NCBI GenBank assembly: GCA_951406725.2
Contig: OX597823.1
Coordinates: 27,032,001-27,096,000, forward strand
Direction of reading: 5' to 3'
DNA length: 64,000 bases
Source of the DNA: Octopus vulgaris
Taxonomy: Eukaryota
The position numbers were made by a program, and so were the translations under genes. Of the stretch, positions 41,327-55,607 are shown in pieces. Within the stretch, counting starts at the first letter, position 1; each line of letters begins with the position of its first letter. Below the pieces are notes generated by a model. That model did no database searches and was not told the origin of the DNA. It saw only the letters and a program-made list of their open reading frames with translations.

Positions 41327-41357
<31 letters not shown>

Positions 41358-41962
41358 CATATATATATGCATACAGTCAATTCAAAAAGACAGCAAAAAA
41401 GGAAAAAAAAACAAACGTGATGACACTCGGAGAAAGAAGAGAGTTGTAGTTTTACGTCTCGAACATAAACCTCTGTCGGAAACAGGAAGAATAGAGGAGT
41501 CCAAAGGAAAAGAAGAAAGGAAAATCACCAACAGTTCGCGTGTGGTACACAGACACGCACACACAGACACGCACACACAGACACACACACAGACGCACAC
41601 ACATAGATACACACGCAGACATAGACACATACAAACACACACATGTCAGTACGTGTGTGTGTGTGTGTGTGTGTGTATACGTATATATGAATTTAGATGT
41701 ATATAGTTTGTATATGTGCGAATGTATGTCTCCGTCTGGTCTGATTTTGTCAGTGTGATTCTGCATTTAAAAGGATGCTCTGCGCATGTGCTTCTACGTA
41801 GGTGTATGTAGGTTTTTCTTTTATTATAACTCTTGGACTACAATGTATTTTGACGACCGGGTACAAAATAATATGACTAAAACCCTATTTGAAGCTTACT
41901 TCTGTTTAATACACTTTCTTGATTTAATCTGTTTATACCCTGCTGTTTGTTCCTCGTTTAAG

Positions 41963-42030
<68 letters not shown>

Positions 42031-42123
42031 TATGTATGTATGTATGTATGTATGTATGTATGTATGTATGTATGCATGTGTCTGTGTGTTTATGTATGCA
42101 TGTATGTACATATATATAAACAA

Positions 42124-42469
42124 ATAACAACAGATGGTTATTGTTAATTCTCTACAGCTGTTTCAAACAAGTTTTTTATTAACGAATAGAGTTATTGCAT
42201 CATATGACAAAAAAAACGTTTTCATAAGGTGAGCATACATGAATTAAACATTAGAAAAATCACATTCCAAGAATCGACATTCTGTGGCACTTCATGGATA
42301 GCTTCATCGAAGATTCTTTGGCTGAACGTAGCCAAGGAATCATGAGGTCGTATGTAATATTCATCTAATAAAAAAAGGTTTTTTCGCATGATGTAATAAT
42401 CCTATTCATCAATAAAAAAACTGGTTTAAGACAGCTGTATTGAAAGAATCAATATCTATCTGTTGTTAT
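42124..42469. mobile_element. Foldback element of two inverted decayed HHR-bearing arms, copy 1
   Basis: Termini ataacaacagat / atctgttgttat; tacagctgtttc and gacagctgta; homologous to 57768-58086. Confidence 0.7.
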
Positions 42470-43229
42470 GTGTTTATTATTCAACTTCCTCGGAACCTGC
42501 AATTAACGTAGATTGAGTGCAGTTTATGGGTGCAGTCTGTGCTCCTAGATACAGCCTTGAGCCTCGTGGCATATTCAGTCGGGTGCTTGTTATCGTATAT
42601 GCAACTGGAATATTAACCTGTCTGTTCTTCGATATATACGTATATGCTCCTCTAATTTTGCTTTGTTCACGATTACTATTTATTTGACCTGAACGTGATG
42701 CTTTACTATTCAGACACCAGATTTACTCGAATCCTGAACTTTTGTACATACAAACACACACACACAAACAAACACACGAACACACACGCACACACACACA
42801 CGCGCGCACGCACATACACTACACACACATATATATATACATACAGTCAATTCAAAAAAATATAGCAAAAAAGGAAAAAAACAAACGTGAAGACGCTCGG
42901 AGAAAGAAGAGAGTTGTAGTTTTACGTCACACACACAGAGTCGCGCACACATACACACACACACATATTTATATATATTTGTGCGTGCGTGTGTGCATGT
43001 ATATATATTTTTGTTTATATATAATTTTATATACTTATTAAGCTATTTTGTAAATATTTACTACAGTTACTTTACTTCTATTTATCCTTGATTTTTCTAA
43101 CATTTAGGATGGCCAACTCTCTCATCATCTATCTAGCACATTCATTGATATGAAACAAACCGTCTTTGTTTTTACTGATCAAAATAAATCTAATTGCGGA
43201 ACTTTATACATTGTCTGTATAAATATTTT

Positions 43230-43676
43230 GGCGTAGGAGGGGCTGTGTGATAAGTAGCTTGCTTACGAACCACATGGTTCCGGGTTCGGTCCCACTGCAT
43301 GGCATCTTGGGCAAGTGACTCCTACGATAGCCTCGGACCGACCAAAGCCTTGTTAGTGGATTTGGTAGATGGAAACTGAAAGAAGCCCGTCACATATATA
43401 TATATGTGTGTGTGTGTGTTTGTGTGTATGTGTGTGTATGTTTGTGTGTATATGTATTTGTATATATGTATGTGTATATATGTGTATATATGTATGTGTG
43501 TGTATGTCTGTGTTTGTCCCCACAACATCGCTTGACATCCGATGCTGGTGTGTTTACGTCCCCGTAACTTAGTGGTTCGGCAAAAGAGACCGATAGAAAA
43601 GTACAAGGTTACAAAGAATAAGCCCTGGGGTCGATTTACTCGACTGGAGGCGGTGCTCCAGCGTGGCTACAGTCAC
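43230..43676 (+). mobile_element. SINE family B copy
   Basis: Head and tail motifs of family B. Confidence 0.85.
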
Positions 43677-43914
43677 ATAAATATTTTGTTACTTGGAGTT
43701 GAATCATTGGTGTACCCGTGATGTTCTGATGACCTGGCGTGTACTTTAAATGCAGAGCAAGCATATTAATGCAAATGTGAAAGCAAAATATATTTTAGAC
43801 TGGAAATATTGTTGCACGAAGAAAGCTGTGAAACGGCCATAATTTTAAGGATGTAAGGATGTAAAGTTGTTAAATAAACATATTCATGTTTAATGCTTTC
43901 AGAGATTTATGGCT

Positions 43915-43950
<36 letters not shown>

Positions 43951-43974
43951 TACATACATACATACGTACGTACA

Positions 43975-44010
<36 letters not shown>

Positions 44011-44907
44011 TAGCTATGTCCTTCTATATGCATGCGTGTGTGTATACATTTATTTTGTATCTATGTATGTGTGCGTGTGTGTGTACACATATATATGGAC
44101 ATCTGTAATTATATTTATGCATATGTATATGCGTATAAGTATATATACGACTATGTATAAATGTATGTAAATATTTATATATATATACTTATATATTCAT
44201 ATTTGTATTTTTATGTATATATTCTTATGTATGTATATAAGCATGTATACATAAGTGTGTGATAATATACAAGAATATACACGTATAGGTAAATTTATTT
44301 ATTTATTTCTACTTGCCTTAAAATCTCTTATGCTGATAATATATATATATATTCTTTAGTTTCTTTTAAAATTTTCTTTGCTGAATTAGTTTTAACATTT
44401 AAATTTATCCTTCTTGATTTGCTTTCATATTGTTTTCTGTATCATAATACTTTATTTGTATTTGGCTTTCCGGATTTCTGATTTGACCCAAAAGCTTTCA
44501 TCTATCTTCATATTCATATTTTATTTACTTCTTTAGTTTTAAGATCTATTCCCAAAATAACTAAAGTGCTTATATTAGTTTCGAAAACTGGAAACGCTTT
44601 TACGTACCAGTTATACGCTGCTATTGCCATCCGATTGACTTTATTCCATGTGGTATTCATTATAATATTTCTCTCTTTGTTTTTCTATCGGTTTAGTTTT
44701 AACTTAGCCCAATTGCTTATAGTCCCAGAATGAAAAACATGAATAATTCGGTTAGAATTATATATTCTATCACGATGCAAATACATGGGGAATTTTTTCT
44801 TAGATGATTTGGAATCCTATTTGATTATTGAGAAATAATTTTCATTTCAAATTGTTGCCACTCGTATATGGATCTATAATTGTTTATTCAGGGCTCTAAG
44901 CTTTTCA

Positions 44908-44989
44908 CAGTGATTCCCAACTGATTTATTTAACTGAGTTTTCCCACGGACCCCTCATAATATGCCTATCCTTATGTGTGTGTGTATTC

Positions 44990-45020
<31 letters not shown>

Positions 45021-45102
45021 TTTGAATTTAGTTCACGCCCACCACCCCGTACTACCTTTGCGGACAACCAGGCGTCCGCGGAGCCCAGGTTGGAAGCCAC
45101 TG
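44908..45102. mobile_element. hAT-like MITE
   Basis: TIRs cagtgattcccaac / gttggaagccactg; internal cggaccc/gtccgcgga motifs. Confidence 0.55.
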
Positions 45103-45227
45103 CTCTAAGTGGTTTTTTGCTGTGAGAGTAACAAATAGATGTTCAGCCCAGTTCGAAAGAGAAGCTTATATCATTATTCTAAGTATAAGTGTTATAAAGA
45201 TAGCTTTATATCACAATTAGAAACACA

Positions 45228-45421
45228 TACTCTTTTACTTGTTTCAGTCATTTGACTGCGGCCATGCTGGAGCACCGCCTTTAGTCGAGCAAATCGACCC
45301 CGGGACTTATTCTTAGTAAGCCCAGTATCGGTCTCTTTTGCCGCTAAGTAACGGGGACGTAAACACACCAGCATCGGTTGTCAAGCAATGCTAGGGGGAC
45401 AAACACAGACACACAAACACA

Positions 45422-45495
<74 letters not shown>

Positions 45496-45660
45496 TACGA
45501 CAGGCTTCTTTCAGTTTCCGTCTACCAAATCCACTCACAAGGCATTGGTCGGCCCGAGGCTATAGCAGAAGACACTTGCCCAAGATGCCACGCAGTGGGA
45601 CTGAACCCGGAACCATGTGGTTGGTTAGCAAGCTACTTACCACACAGCCACTCCTGCGCC
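45228..45660 (-). mobile_element. SINE family B copy
   Basis: Very similar to 35700-36101. Confidence 0.85.
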
Positions 45661-45794
45661 AATGTTTATGATTACTATAAATATATGTGCACATCACTGG
45701 TAGAAAGATAGTTTCATATCATTACGGCTTGTTTATATGAATACTTTAGAAGTAGGTTTATTACTAGACTATAGAGTTAGGTATATAGGTATAC

Positions 45795-46185
45795 AGGCGC
45801 AGGAGTAGCTGTGTGGTAGGAAACCTTCCCAAACACAGGGCCTCGGGTTTAGTCCCACTGTGTGGGACCTTGAGTAAATGTACTCTAAGATAGACGCTGG
45901 ATGACCAAAACATTGCGAGTGGTTTTGGTAGATGGAAACTGAAAGAATCCCGTCGTATATGACTTTGTGTCTTTATGTATGCGCTTGTCCCCCACCACCC
46001 TCAGCGCTAGACAACCGGTGACCGTTTGTTTACGTCTCCATAACTAGCGTTTCAGCAGAAGAGCCTGGTGCTATTAGCACCAGGCTTAAAAAAGTAAGTA
46101 CAGGATTCGATTTGTTCGTCTGAAAGACTTCTAGGTGTTGCTCCAGTTTGAGCACAGTGTAATGACTGAAATAAGTAAAAGAGAA
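45795..46185 (+). mobile_element. Diverged SINE family B copy
   Basis: ggcgcaggagtagctgtgtggta ... atgactgaaataagtaaaagag. Confidence 0.7.
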
Positions 46186-49036
46186 AAATATACTAAATAG
46201 TTGAGTTTTTGTTACTTATAATGATAACAGTGCTATTTAGCTAAAAATTTTACCAAATTATAAATCAGAAGCTGAGGGAGGCGGTATTCATTTTCAAAGG
46301 ACATAAGTAGCCTGAAGGAAAGGAAATAGTATTCTCAAGGTCTCAAAGAATTGCACTGTTTTGTTTCATGGTTCTCACTAAAACTGATTTGAAAGGGATT
46401 TCCTATATTACTGCATGTCTGTGAACTAACCACTTCCAATTATTGAAATTTTAGTTGTCATTCTAGGAGGAATAAATGACGAGTTAGACTCAGGAAGGAT
46501 TTGAGGACAAAAGTTTAAAATGTCACATCTAAACAGCAGGTATTTTTGTTCAGAGATCTGAAGATACTGCTATCATTGCCCCGTGGAACGCATTTAATGT
46601 AAAATATATTTAACAGAGATAATGTTGTTGACAAAATGCCTTTTGGATTTTTTAAAGCCTCTTTATATAAATGGCTTAAATCCAGAAATTGTTGACTCTG
46701 CTTCCCAAAGTTTTAGGCCTGATAAAATATATTACCATTAAGTATTTGAGTGTATCTATATATATTCTTCTCCATAAAAATATACAACCTTTCGCCATTT
46801 TTTAGATATCAATATTGAATCATATTTAGTAAAGACATCACAAAATCTGATGGAAAGAGATAATATATTAATTGAACGAATGATTTTATATTGCAAGTAG
46901 CATTTGATTCCTTTGCCATATCTCGCCTTTGGGTAATTTAAACAAGAGAAACAAATGATAGTTTTGTTGTGTAGTCGCTACTTACTACAATGAATCGTAT
47001 CCCTCTGAGTTAAATGGTTAGAACTAAGTAAACTGTTACTATAGATATGAGAACGTGTATACTATCAACTATAGTACATATTGTTAACCTCTCCGCTGAT
47101 TCTCAATTTTATGATGGTAAAAATCAAAAAAAAAATCAGAAGCTTGGATCTGAACAGCGATAACTAATCCAAGTAAATGTGTTACAATAGAAATGAAGAT
47201 AAATATATTGCTAGGGAGAAACTGAATATGGATACCTTTTCAAGCACAATTCCTCTTTCTCTACGGTGCAAGCATTTGCGAAAATATATTAGTAATTGAA
47301 AAACAAAAATAGCAACAAACAATGATATAGACCAATGATTAAACGTTTTGATGAAGAGTAGTCCCGACGTGTGTTACTTCTATTTTCATCTTCACAGTCG
47401 CCATGATAGCTGTCATGAAACATTTAGTTGCTGTTACAGCTTTCTCTGTAATTGGAAACTGAACATTGATTAAAATCTTATTTTTTATGGAAACAAGGAA
47501 GTCATCAAGAGTAATTATCAAACAAACCTAAAATACGAAATTCAAGTAAGGGCAATTAAACGTACAGCGGCAGGACGTAATTCGTTATAATTAATTTGGT
47601 GAACCAGAATGCAGATAAATTCAGTTTAAAATTCACATTTATCGGTAATCAATGTCGTTAGATTTACGAGACAAATACTTATAGTAGTGTGGACAGCGCT
47701 AAAGACATCCAAGATGCCAGGTTGAAGTGTTAAAAAAGGGTGATGAAGTAAATGTACTATGCAGACTTGGTGAGATTTGAACTCAGAAAGCAAACAACCA
47801 GAACATGTACTCCAAGGTATCCCATCTGACATCCTGACGTCTCCGTCCTGGACTTGTAATTTTTTTTTTTTATCGATCCCGAAACTGTGAAAATAAACGT
47901 TGACATCGACAGAATGTAAAATGACAATAGTGAAGTATATGAATGTATCTTTCAAGTAGTTTTCTCCGAATATGATTGTTGAAAATGTGCTTCCCGGTTT
48001 GCCAAACCGAAACTAATATATTTGAACTGATGTAATTGACCGCCTGGCACAAAATCAGTAGTTAATCATTTAAATGCAATGCAGCACAAGATTAAAGAAC
48101 TGATTCTCTAATAGAATACAATATACTTTAGAATATATGATATTTCAAGTCGTGTAATTTCCGCTGCAGTAAGTGTCTTATAGAGGGATTTCATAGATTG
48201 TTTCGGAGTAGCCTTTAATGACAACGGTAAATGGGTGTTGTCTTTAAACTCCCGTACTTAGACTCCTTTAGTCGACTCCTTTAGGGAGTTACTTGACTTA
48301 AGAATGTCTTCATTGAGCATTTTCTGCATGTGATTGAGTAATCTCGTTGGTAGATAATTTCAATTTATGAGATTTCCGAATCGCAGGTTTAAAATTTATA
48401 GACGTGGTAGAAGTGATTCCGACCGGATCGATTTTTAGTGAGGCTGGAGAGCAAGCCTTTGAGTCCTGTTGAGGCCACCGAATTCATCTTTAATAAATAA
48501 GCTTTAGCGAGTAAGTCCAAGAATAAGGTAGAGTAAGGAAGCGTATTCAGTCGCACGAATGGCATTTTACCTTGTCTACATGAAAATATTTCTTCACTGA
48601 TGTTTTCAAATTAACTGAATCCATTGATAATATACATTTCTTGATGTTAGTAAACAATCTTACATTAGTAACAAACTAATTAAAAGACAGCATTTGCTGA
48701 AATATTGGTTAACTACTGCCTTTAGACAAGTTCTGTGAACAGTCAAGTTGATGATAAAAAAAAAATTAAAGGTATGTATCGAGACAAGTCTCACACTTGT
48801 TTTCTTGAGAATCTACAATTCTGAAAATTATCCTTTTATCTTTTCCCTGAAACAAACAGTACCACGGTTCAGACATTATATGCGATTATGTCGCGAAAAA
48901 TAGCCAATAAATAGCAATGTTGCCGAGGAATTGCTGTACCTCGTTTGTTTCAGTTTTTAAAATTGTTCTGTAGCTACATTCACGTATTTTCGTTGCTGAA
49001 TAGTGTCAAGGATTTTTCATCGGCTAAGTGAATATT

Positions 49037-49351
49037 TGCAGCGTGGAAGATTTTTATAAGCTACTTAAAAACCCAAAGAAACCGTTAGATTCACTTCAAC
49101 ATTTAAATTTAATTTACTAAAATAATTTCGTCGCTTTGACACCGCGACCTGATCACTAATTTTTCCAGTGAATAGGTCACGGTCTCAAAGCGACGAAAAT
49201 ATTTTGGTAAGTTAAATTTAAATGTTGAAGTGAATCTAACGGTTTTTGTGTGTTTTTAAATGGTTTATAAACACCTTCCACGCTGCAATTGTTTTTGTTT
49301 CAGCATACGATCTCAGATCAGGTCACTTGCTACGCAAGTACATCTCCGTAA
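49037..49351. mobile_element. Palindromic pLTR-like insertion with 12-bp target-site duplication
   Basis: Arms ~49036-49150 / ~49173-49288; TSD taagtgaatatt at 49025-49036 and 49352-49363. Confidence 0.75.
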
Positions 49352-49787
49352 TAAGTGAATATTATTTTCTTAGAAGTAGCAGCTAATCTTTTTGTACGGG
49401 GGACACTCAAAATAATTTCACAATTTTCTAAGTAAATTTAGTTCGCTTTGAATAGCTTAATACTAAACAAAGATAAATACCCAACACTTAAAATGACTCA
49501 TTCTTCATAAAGGTTTGGCATTATAAGAAAGCTGAGTCGTAATTCATATTTCAAATTAACTATTGCAACAATTTGTGAATTAGATTGATGAATATCTTTG
49601 GAGGCCGGTCAGTTTATAACAAGTTTTAATTAACTAAACGTTCTAATGGTAATTTAGAAAGTACTTATAAGAGCTATAATTGAAGGGTGCAACTGCAGAA
49701 TTTCGTAGACATTTGATAGGACATTTGTTATTTATATTAACATGGAATTATAAGGTATTGATATATCTCAGGCAACACAGTTGTGGT

Positions 49788-50577
49788 CTAGTACAGAGCG
49801 ATAACAGAGTAACGCGGTAGTAGGATGGCGAGAGGGAGTGCTATGTTAAGAGAAGTAAAGCTAAGTTAGAAGAATGAAAAGAAAGAAGGAAGTGATTATT
49901 GAGAAGTTAGTAATTAGCGATGGGGAAGAAGCAAAAGCTAAAATCGAAAGATGGCAGAATTGAAAAATGAATAAAAAACGATGGAAAATGTAGAAAAATG
50001 ACAAAATGAAATATAAAAACATTAAAAAGGATAAGCTGGGGTAGTATGAAAGGTTTTAATATATTACATCAGCAGTGAACAGTAATGAGGTCTTTGGAAA
50101 TCCTCGTTTGAAACTCCCAGAGAGAGATATTTGTTTTTTTGGTTTGTTTTTTTCTTCAAACTTTCGAAAGCTTAAAAGTTCAAAAGTTCAAAAGATCTAA
50201 CAATTTTTTACGAGGTAGATAGAGAGATAAATAGACAGATAAATAGATAGACAATACAGTTCTATATTTAAGAGATGAGGAATTATGTACATTATTTACT
50301 TTATTTACATTTGACGGATATTGTCCTCATCTTGTTTGTTGTTGAACGTTGGAGGGTATATCAGCGGAAACGTTGTGTTAACAACAAACAAGATGAGGAC
50401 AAATATCCATTAAACGTAAATAATGTAAATAGATAACATTTTCAATAGAGATAGACAGATAGACAGATAGTCAGACAGACAGATATATATATAACGGGAA
50501 GCTTTATGAAAATAGACAAAAGACGAAGGCAGGTGGGAAACAAACAAACAATTGTATTAGTATGGCGCTCAGGAAAT

Positions 50578-50650
<73 letters not shown>

Positions 50651-51225
50651 GGGGTCTTTCTGGTAGCGTGTGGCCTTGTTGCTAATTCTTTGGTTACTGG
50701 ATTAAATATGCGCTTTCGGATATACAATCGTCCATCTGAGTTTTCATGGCTATTATTATTCTCTCTCTCTCTCTCTTTCTCTCTCTAACAAAAAACTGTT
50801 AGACCTTTTGAACTTTTGAAAATTTGAAGAGAAAAAGCAAAAGATAAATAAACCTGTCTGAGAGTTTCAAACAAGGAATTCCAAAGACCTCATCACTGTT
50901 CACTGTTCATGTAATATATTAAAACCTTTCTCACTACCTCAGCTTATCACCACCCTTTCAATTTTAATTTTTTAATCTTTAATTTTGTCATTTTTCTACA
51001 TTTTGCTATCGTTTTTTCCTTCATTGTTTAATTCTGTTATCTTTCATTCTTAGCTTTTGGTCTCCCAGTCGCTAACTGCTAACTTCTGAAGTATCACTTC
51101 CATCTAACGGTTCCTTCTACTCTTCCATTCCTTATAACTTAGCTTTACTGTTCATTCCTTATAACTTAGCTTTACTTCTCTCACCATCCTACTACGGCAT
51201 AGCCTTGTTATCTCTCTGTACTAGC
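49788..51225. repeat. Diverged ~420-bp inverted repeat with nested palindrome and (GATA)n in the spacer
   Basis: 49788-50209 vs 50789-51225 (e.g. gaaaggttttaatatattacat / atgtaatatattaaaacctttc); inner palindrome ~50290-50430. Confidence 0.8.
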
Positions 51226-51955
51226 ATGCTGTTATCACGATCCATAACTCCTTTTCCAGGGAAAGTGGTACCAGAAGAGAACGGTACAAAATAAGTTACT
51301 ACTTGTAGTTCTGAATAATATTTATTTATGAGTTCAAATTCGGATGAATTAAGTGAGTGCTAGTAATACACTGAAGCAATGGGGGTATTCCCTTTCTCAT
51401 ATATAACAAATAAATAATATTATTTAATTTCTTACTTGACATATCAGTGCTAGGCTTGCTTTAACAAATTTGGACACCCAGTCTTTAATTTCCACTTAAA
51501 AATATTTCATGTCTTTCCACTATGGGAGATGCATGAGTGTTGCATCTTCACATTTCTCTCTTCGCTTGCATGAATTTATCGCGACTCATATTTCCTTTCC
51601 ATGGTGAAGTGGCACAGGAAGAGAGCACTACAAAATAATTTACTATTTGTAGTCAAACCACACGTGGGCCGTAGCAATTTTCTTTCTTCTTTGGACTTTT
51701 CCCTTTCACCTTCCGACGAAGAGCTATGCCCGAAATAAGATTCTCCTTTCACCGAGCGTCAAACTAATATAATTCTTGTGCATGTCCTCACGTTATTTTT
51801 GTTTTGTTTTTGCTCTTTTCGTTTTGTTTCTTTTCGTTTTTTGAAGTGTTTGTTCATTGAATTGAATATATAAATCTGTAGACAAACACTCACGCGCACA
51901 CATAAATATACATACGTACAAATGTGCATATAGTTATATATGAATGAACATATTT

Positions 51956-51997
<42 letters not shown>

Positions 51998-53829
51998 GGT
52001 GTGTGTGTGTGTGTGTATAAATTAAGCAGAAAATGGAGAAAACTTTTGATAACCAAATAAATTGACTACCATCGGTTATAATTTTTTAAATACAAAACTT
52101 TAACACTGCTAACAGCCGTTTCTGCTACCTATGACAGTCGGTGCTGCCAAAGAAAATTATGAGAAAAATATTCGTCATCTATTATAGCATATCCGATCTG
52201 GTACATAAAAGACGAAAAGAGGAAAGAAGAGAGAACAGGGCCTTGAGATGAGGAAAGTAGGCCTAATAAATTAGAATTATGCCACTTTGAAGTGTTAAGC
52301 TTGAAGTCGATGAGCAAATGAATAAACTAGAAAAATAATTGGTGGGTTAATCTTTCTTTAGGGGTACCAGGTCGTATAAATGATAGGAAAATAAAACTAG
52401 TACTTTAGTACAACTGGATTCGCCAATAGGTTTAGAAAAAGTATAATACTTATGATTTCATAAAAAGTGCTTATTAGTATTTAACCAAAAACATGTCCAT
52501 AAAGTTGTTACACTAGTGTACTTACTGATATATTGTAAAGACCAACCACCTGCTGTCCGTAATGGTGTTGACCAAAGTCCACCCATCCCTATAATTGGTC
52601 AGTTAAATTTAAAACCATGAGCAGGCTTAGACCTTTAAAGGGGTAGATATAAATAAGAAGTAAATAAAAGTGTGGGGAAGTGGCCTATGCCACAAGTGGC
52701 ACAATACTGCTTGTTTTATTATAAACCAAACTGACATGAAAACAAGCACCATATGGCAGTAAAAGACTAACAATTAAGGAAGACTACCGTTACGGCCGGT
52801 TGTTGCTAGGTCGTTTACCTACAAATTATAATACTAGATCCATCTCCTTACATAGCCACCATGGTCCCAAATGGTGGTTATACTAGACAAACATTAATTG
52901 TCTAGACAGACGTTCCTGAGTACATCCTGCCTAGTAGACATATGGATTAGGCAGAAGCACAAAGCCTCAAATTAATTAAACGATTACAAGTGAAATCACT
53001 TGCTAATTATTACCATGGTTACTAATACAGGGTCCTACTATAGTTTACTAAATCCTACATGATATATATTATTTTTGATATCATATCATATATTATATTG
53101 TTCATAGTAGTAAACTTGTTATATTAACCTTTACTTTATTGCAACCATATGAGGGCCTACCACAAAATTTCAGTTACATACAAAATATGCCTAAGGGCAA
53201 TAATAGCTCATAGGAAAGTGTCTACTGCGGTACCAAGTACATACAAATACAATCTAGAGAGGTGTGCAGTTAGTATTAAGTTGTTATGTTATATGGTTGG
53301 TGGTCCTAAATGGGTAAATCTAATGGGATCCACAATAAATGGAAGTAGACCAGTATGCTGGCTAAAAATTAGGTCCAGATTGAAATGAAGCTAATTAAAA
53401 CAAACTAACCCATGGTGTAGAAAATTCAGTTAAGTAAAATTAGTTTCAAGTACAGCCTTTGCTGAGATGGCGGGTGCATGCTCTTCTCGAGAGGGTTTAT
53501 TATTGGGGATTAAGTACTAATGCCCTCTGTATTCTAAATTAGGTTCATAGATGAAAGAACTGGTTTTGTTAAAGGGGGAGAGGAGGTTATGTTAAGGCGA
53601 GATAGCTTAATAAATAAATTGCGTATTTAGTTATTATGAGTGGAGGATGGAATTTAAACTCAGATATGTTGGTGAAGGGATGTTACTCCTGGATCACTTA
53701 TAAGGGACCCAGGTGTGCAATACTATTAAACTAGCTTTGATTTAGAAGTTAAATGTGCCCTCATTTAATAGCGAGCACTATTTCTGTGGTGAAGAGCTCT
53801 GGATGCTATTTGTGGGGAGGGTCCAAAGG

Positions 53830-54700
53830 GTCTCTAATGCTATTTATATATAACGAAGGTATAATTACCCTTGTTCAAGCAGGCGTTTTCTCTCTTCCTT
53901 CAAGTTAAGTATTGGGTGTTGTGCCGCTAGTATGAAAACTTTTTCATTGATATAAAGATAGCATTTCTTATTTTTTTACATACTACGAAGAATCGGAGGC
54001 GAGGACTTTCTATTCAAAAACGAATCTAGTATCTTTATCTTTAAGTTCCTAAATATATTTACTAAATCCGGTCGAGTTAATCTTATTTCTATTTCTGAAA
54101 GTGTGTTGGTGTGTGACTAGTTTACGTTTCATTTCATTTTGGGTAGTTCCTATATATCTCTTTTTACGTAACTGTGTTGTGACAGTGCACTGGTAAATTA
54201 CATCTTTACTTTTACAGGTATTTCCAAGGGCACAATTATCTTTATTCCTACAGTCGCATAGATTGTGTTGTGGGGGAGTATTACTTGCTGTTGTGTTGGT
54301 GCTAGGTCTATTAAGGTTGATAGAGTTATTATGGTTCTGAGCGTTATCGTTACTAAATTTGTGGTGGTTATGTTGTCTTTAATTGTTACTATTACTCATA
54401 TTGTTGTTATTGTTACCTCTATCTAAATAGAAAATATCTAATTATTTATTACTTAGGGAGGAAATGATGCTGGCTAAGTTATGCGTAAGACTATAACCTA
54501 TCTTTATTACTTTATTATTTATAAGTTTCGAATACCTGCTATTCTTATCAAAGTGTTTATTTATAACGTTAAGTATTAGCTTAGCTAAGTCAGTTTTTAT
54601 TTGCATCGCATAGGGAGTATGAGCCAGTTAATATCTCACGGATTTCCGGTTGTCTTACCGAACGACACATGTTATTGCTGCCAAACTGATGCATATGATG
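53830..54700 (-). pseudogene. Decayed Naiad-type element (linker + GIY-YIG)
   Basis: IKTDLAKLILNVINKHFDKNSRYSKLIN, CDCRNKDNCALGNTC, IYQCTVTTQLRKKRYIGTT, NSTGFSKYI*ELKDK. Confidence 0.8.
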
Positions 54701-55349
54701 TATATGTGTATTAGCATAAATCTTATTATCTAAGTTATAGGCGTTGGCATCATTCATACCTCGCGTAGTTCCTCTCGTTTTATTATTAGTTGTATTTCTA
54801 TTATCATTGTTGATCTCCTTAGTGTTGTTAGTTCCAATCTAAAGGTTTCTGTGCTTTATTACTTAATTTACGCATATTTCTATGTTCTGTATTATTGCTG
54901 TTAATCTTGTCAATATGGTTTCTAATTGTTACATTCGTGTATGGGATATATCTAATTCTACCTCTGTAACCTGCATCTTTAAATACTTTATTGTACTTAT
55001 CTTTATGTATATGTATACGTTATATAACTTGGTTTAAGAAGAGACAATATTTAGATAATCATTCTATAGATATGGTTTACATCAACAAAATAAATGCATA
55101 TAACACGCAATGCACATACTAAGACAAGGAACATATCGATGTATATATATATCCTCTAAATGATAATAGTATTTTATAAGCTTAAAGCTTATAAGTGATC
55201 ACCGCGCATTGACTAAGATAAATAGTCTCATATTGGAGCATGTAAGCCCGCGACGGAATAAATTAAGGTTTGCTGCACGCACATATTTATATATGCACAC
55301 TACAGGAACACGTCCACACACACACATATATATGTGTGTGTTTGCCAAA

Positions 55350-55383
<34 letters not shown>

Positions 55384-55420
55384 CTGCCAACGCACACTCA
55401 TTGAAACACACATACATATA

Positions 55421-55560
55421 TTCTTTCTGCTCTAGGCACAAGGCTCAAAATTTTGGGGAAGGGGGCCAGTCGATTAGATCGATCCCAGTACGTAACTGGT
55501 ATTTAATTTATCGACAGCAAACGGTTGACCTAGGCGGAATTTGAACGTAAAGACAGACGA
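55421..55560 (-). mobile_element. SINE family A fragment
   Basis: Family A motifs. Confidence 0.6.
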
Positions 55561-55607
55561 CGCACATACACAGATATTCTCATATCAGTAATTGTCATAA
55601 ACGTTTA

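Noticed and set aside
48100-48560. Coding-looking unique sequence on minus strand
   Set aside because: Stops in the frames examined, no recognisable motif or clear splice sites
52095-52200. Possible HHR relic 3' of the 54k Naiad
   Set aside because: Only GAAA-cggctg-tt is recognisable; core spacing wrong
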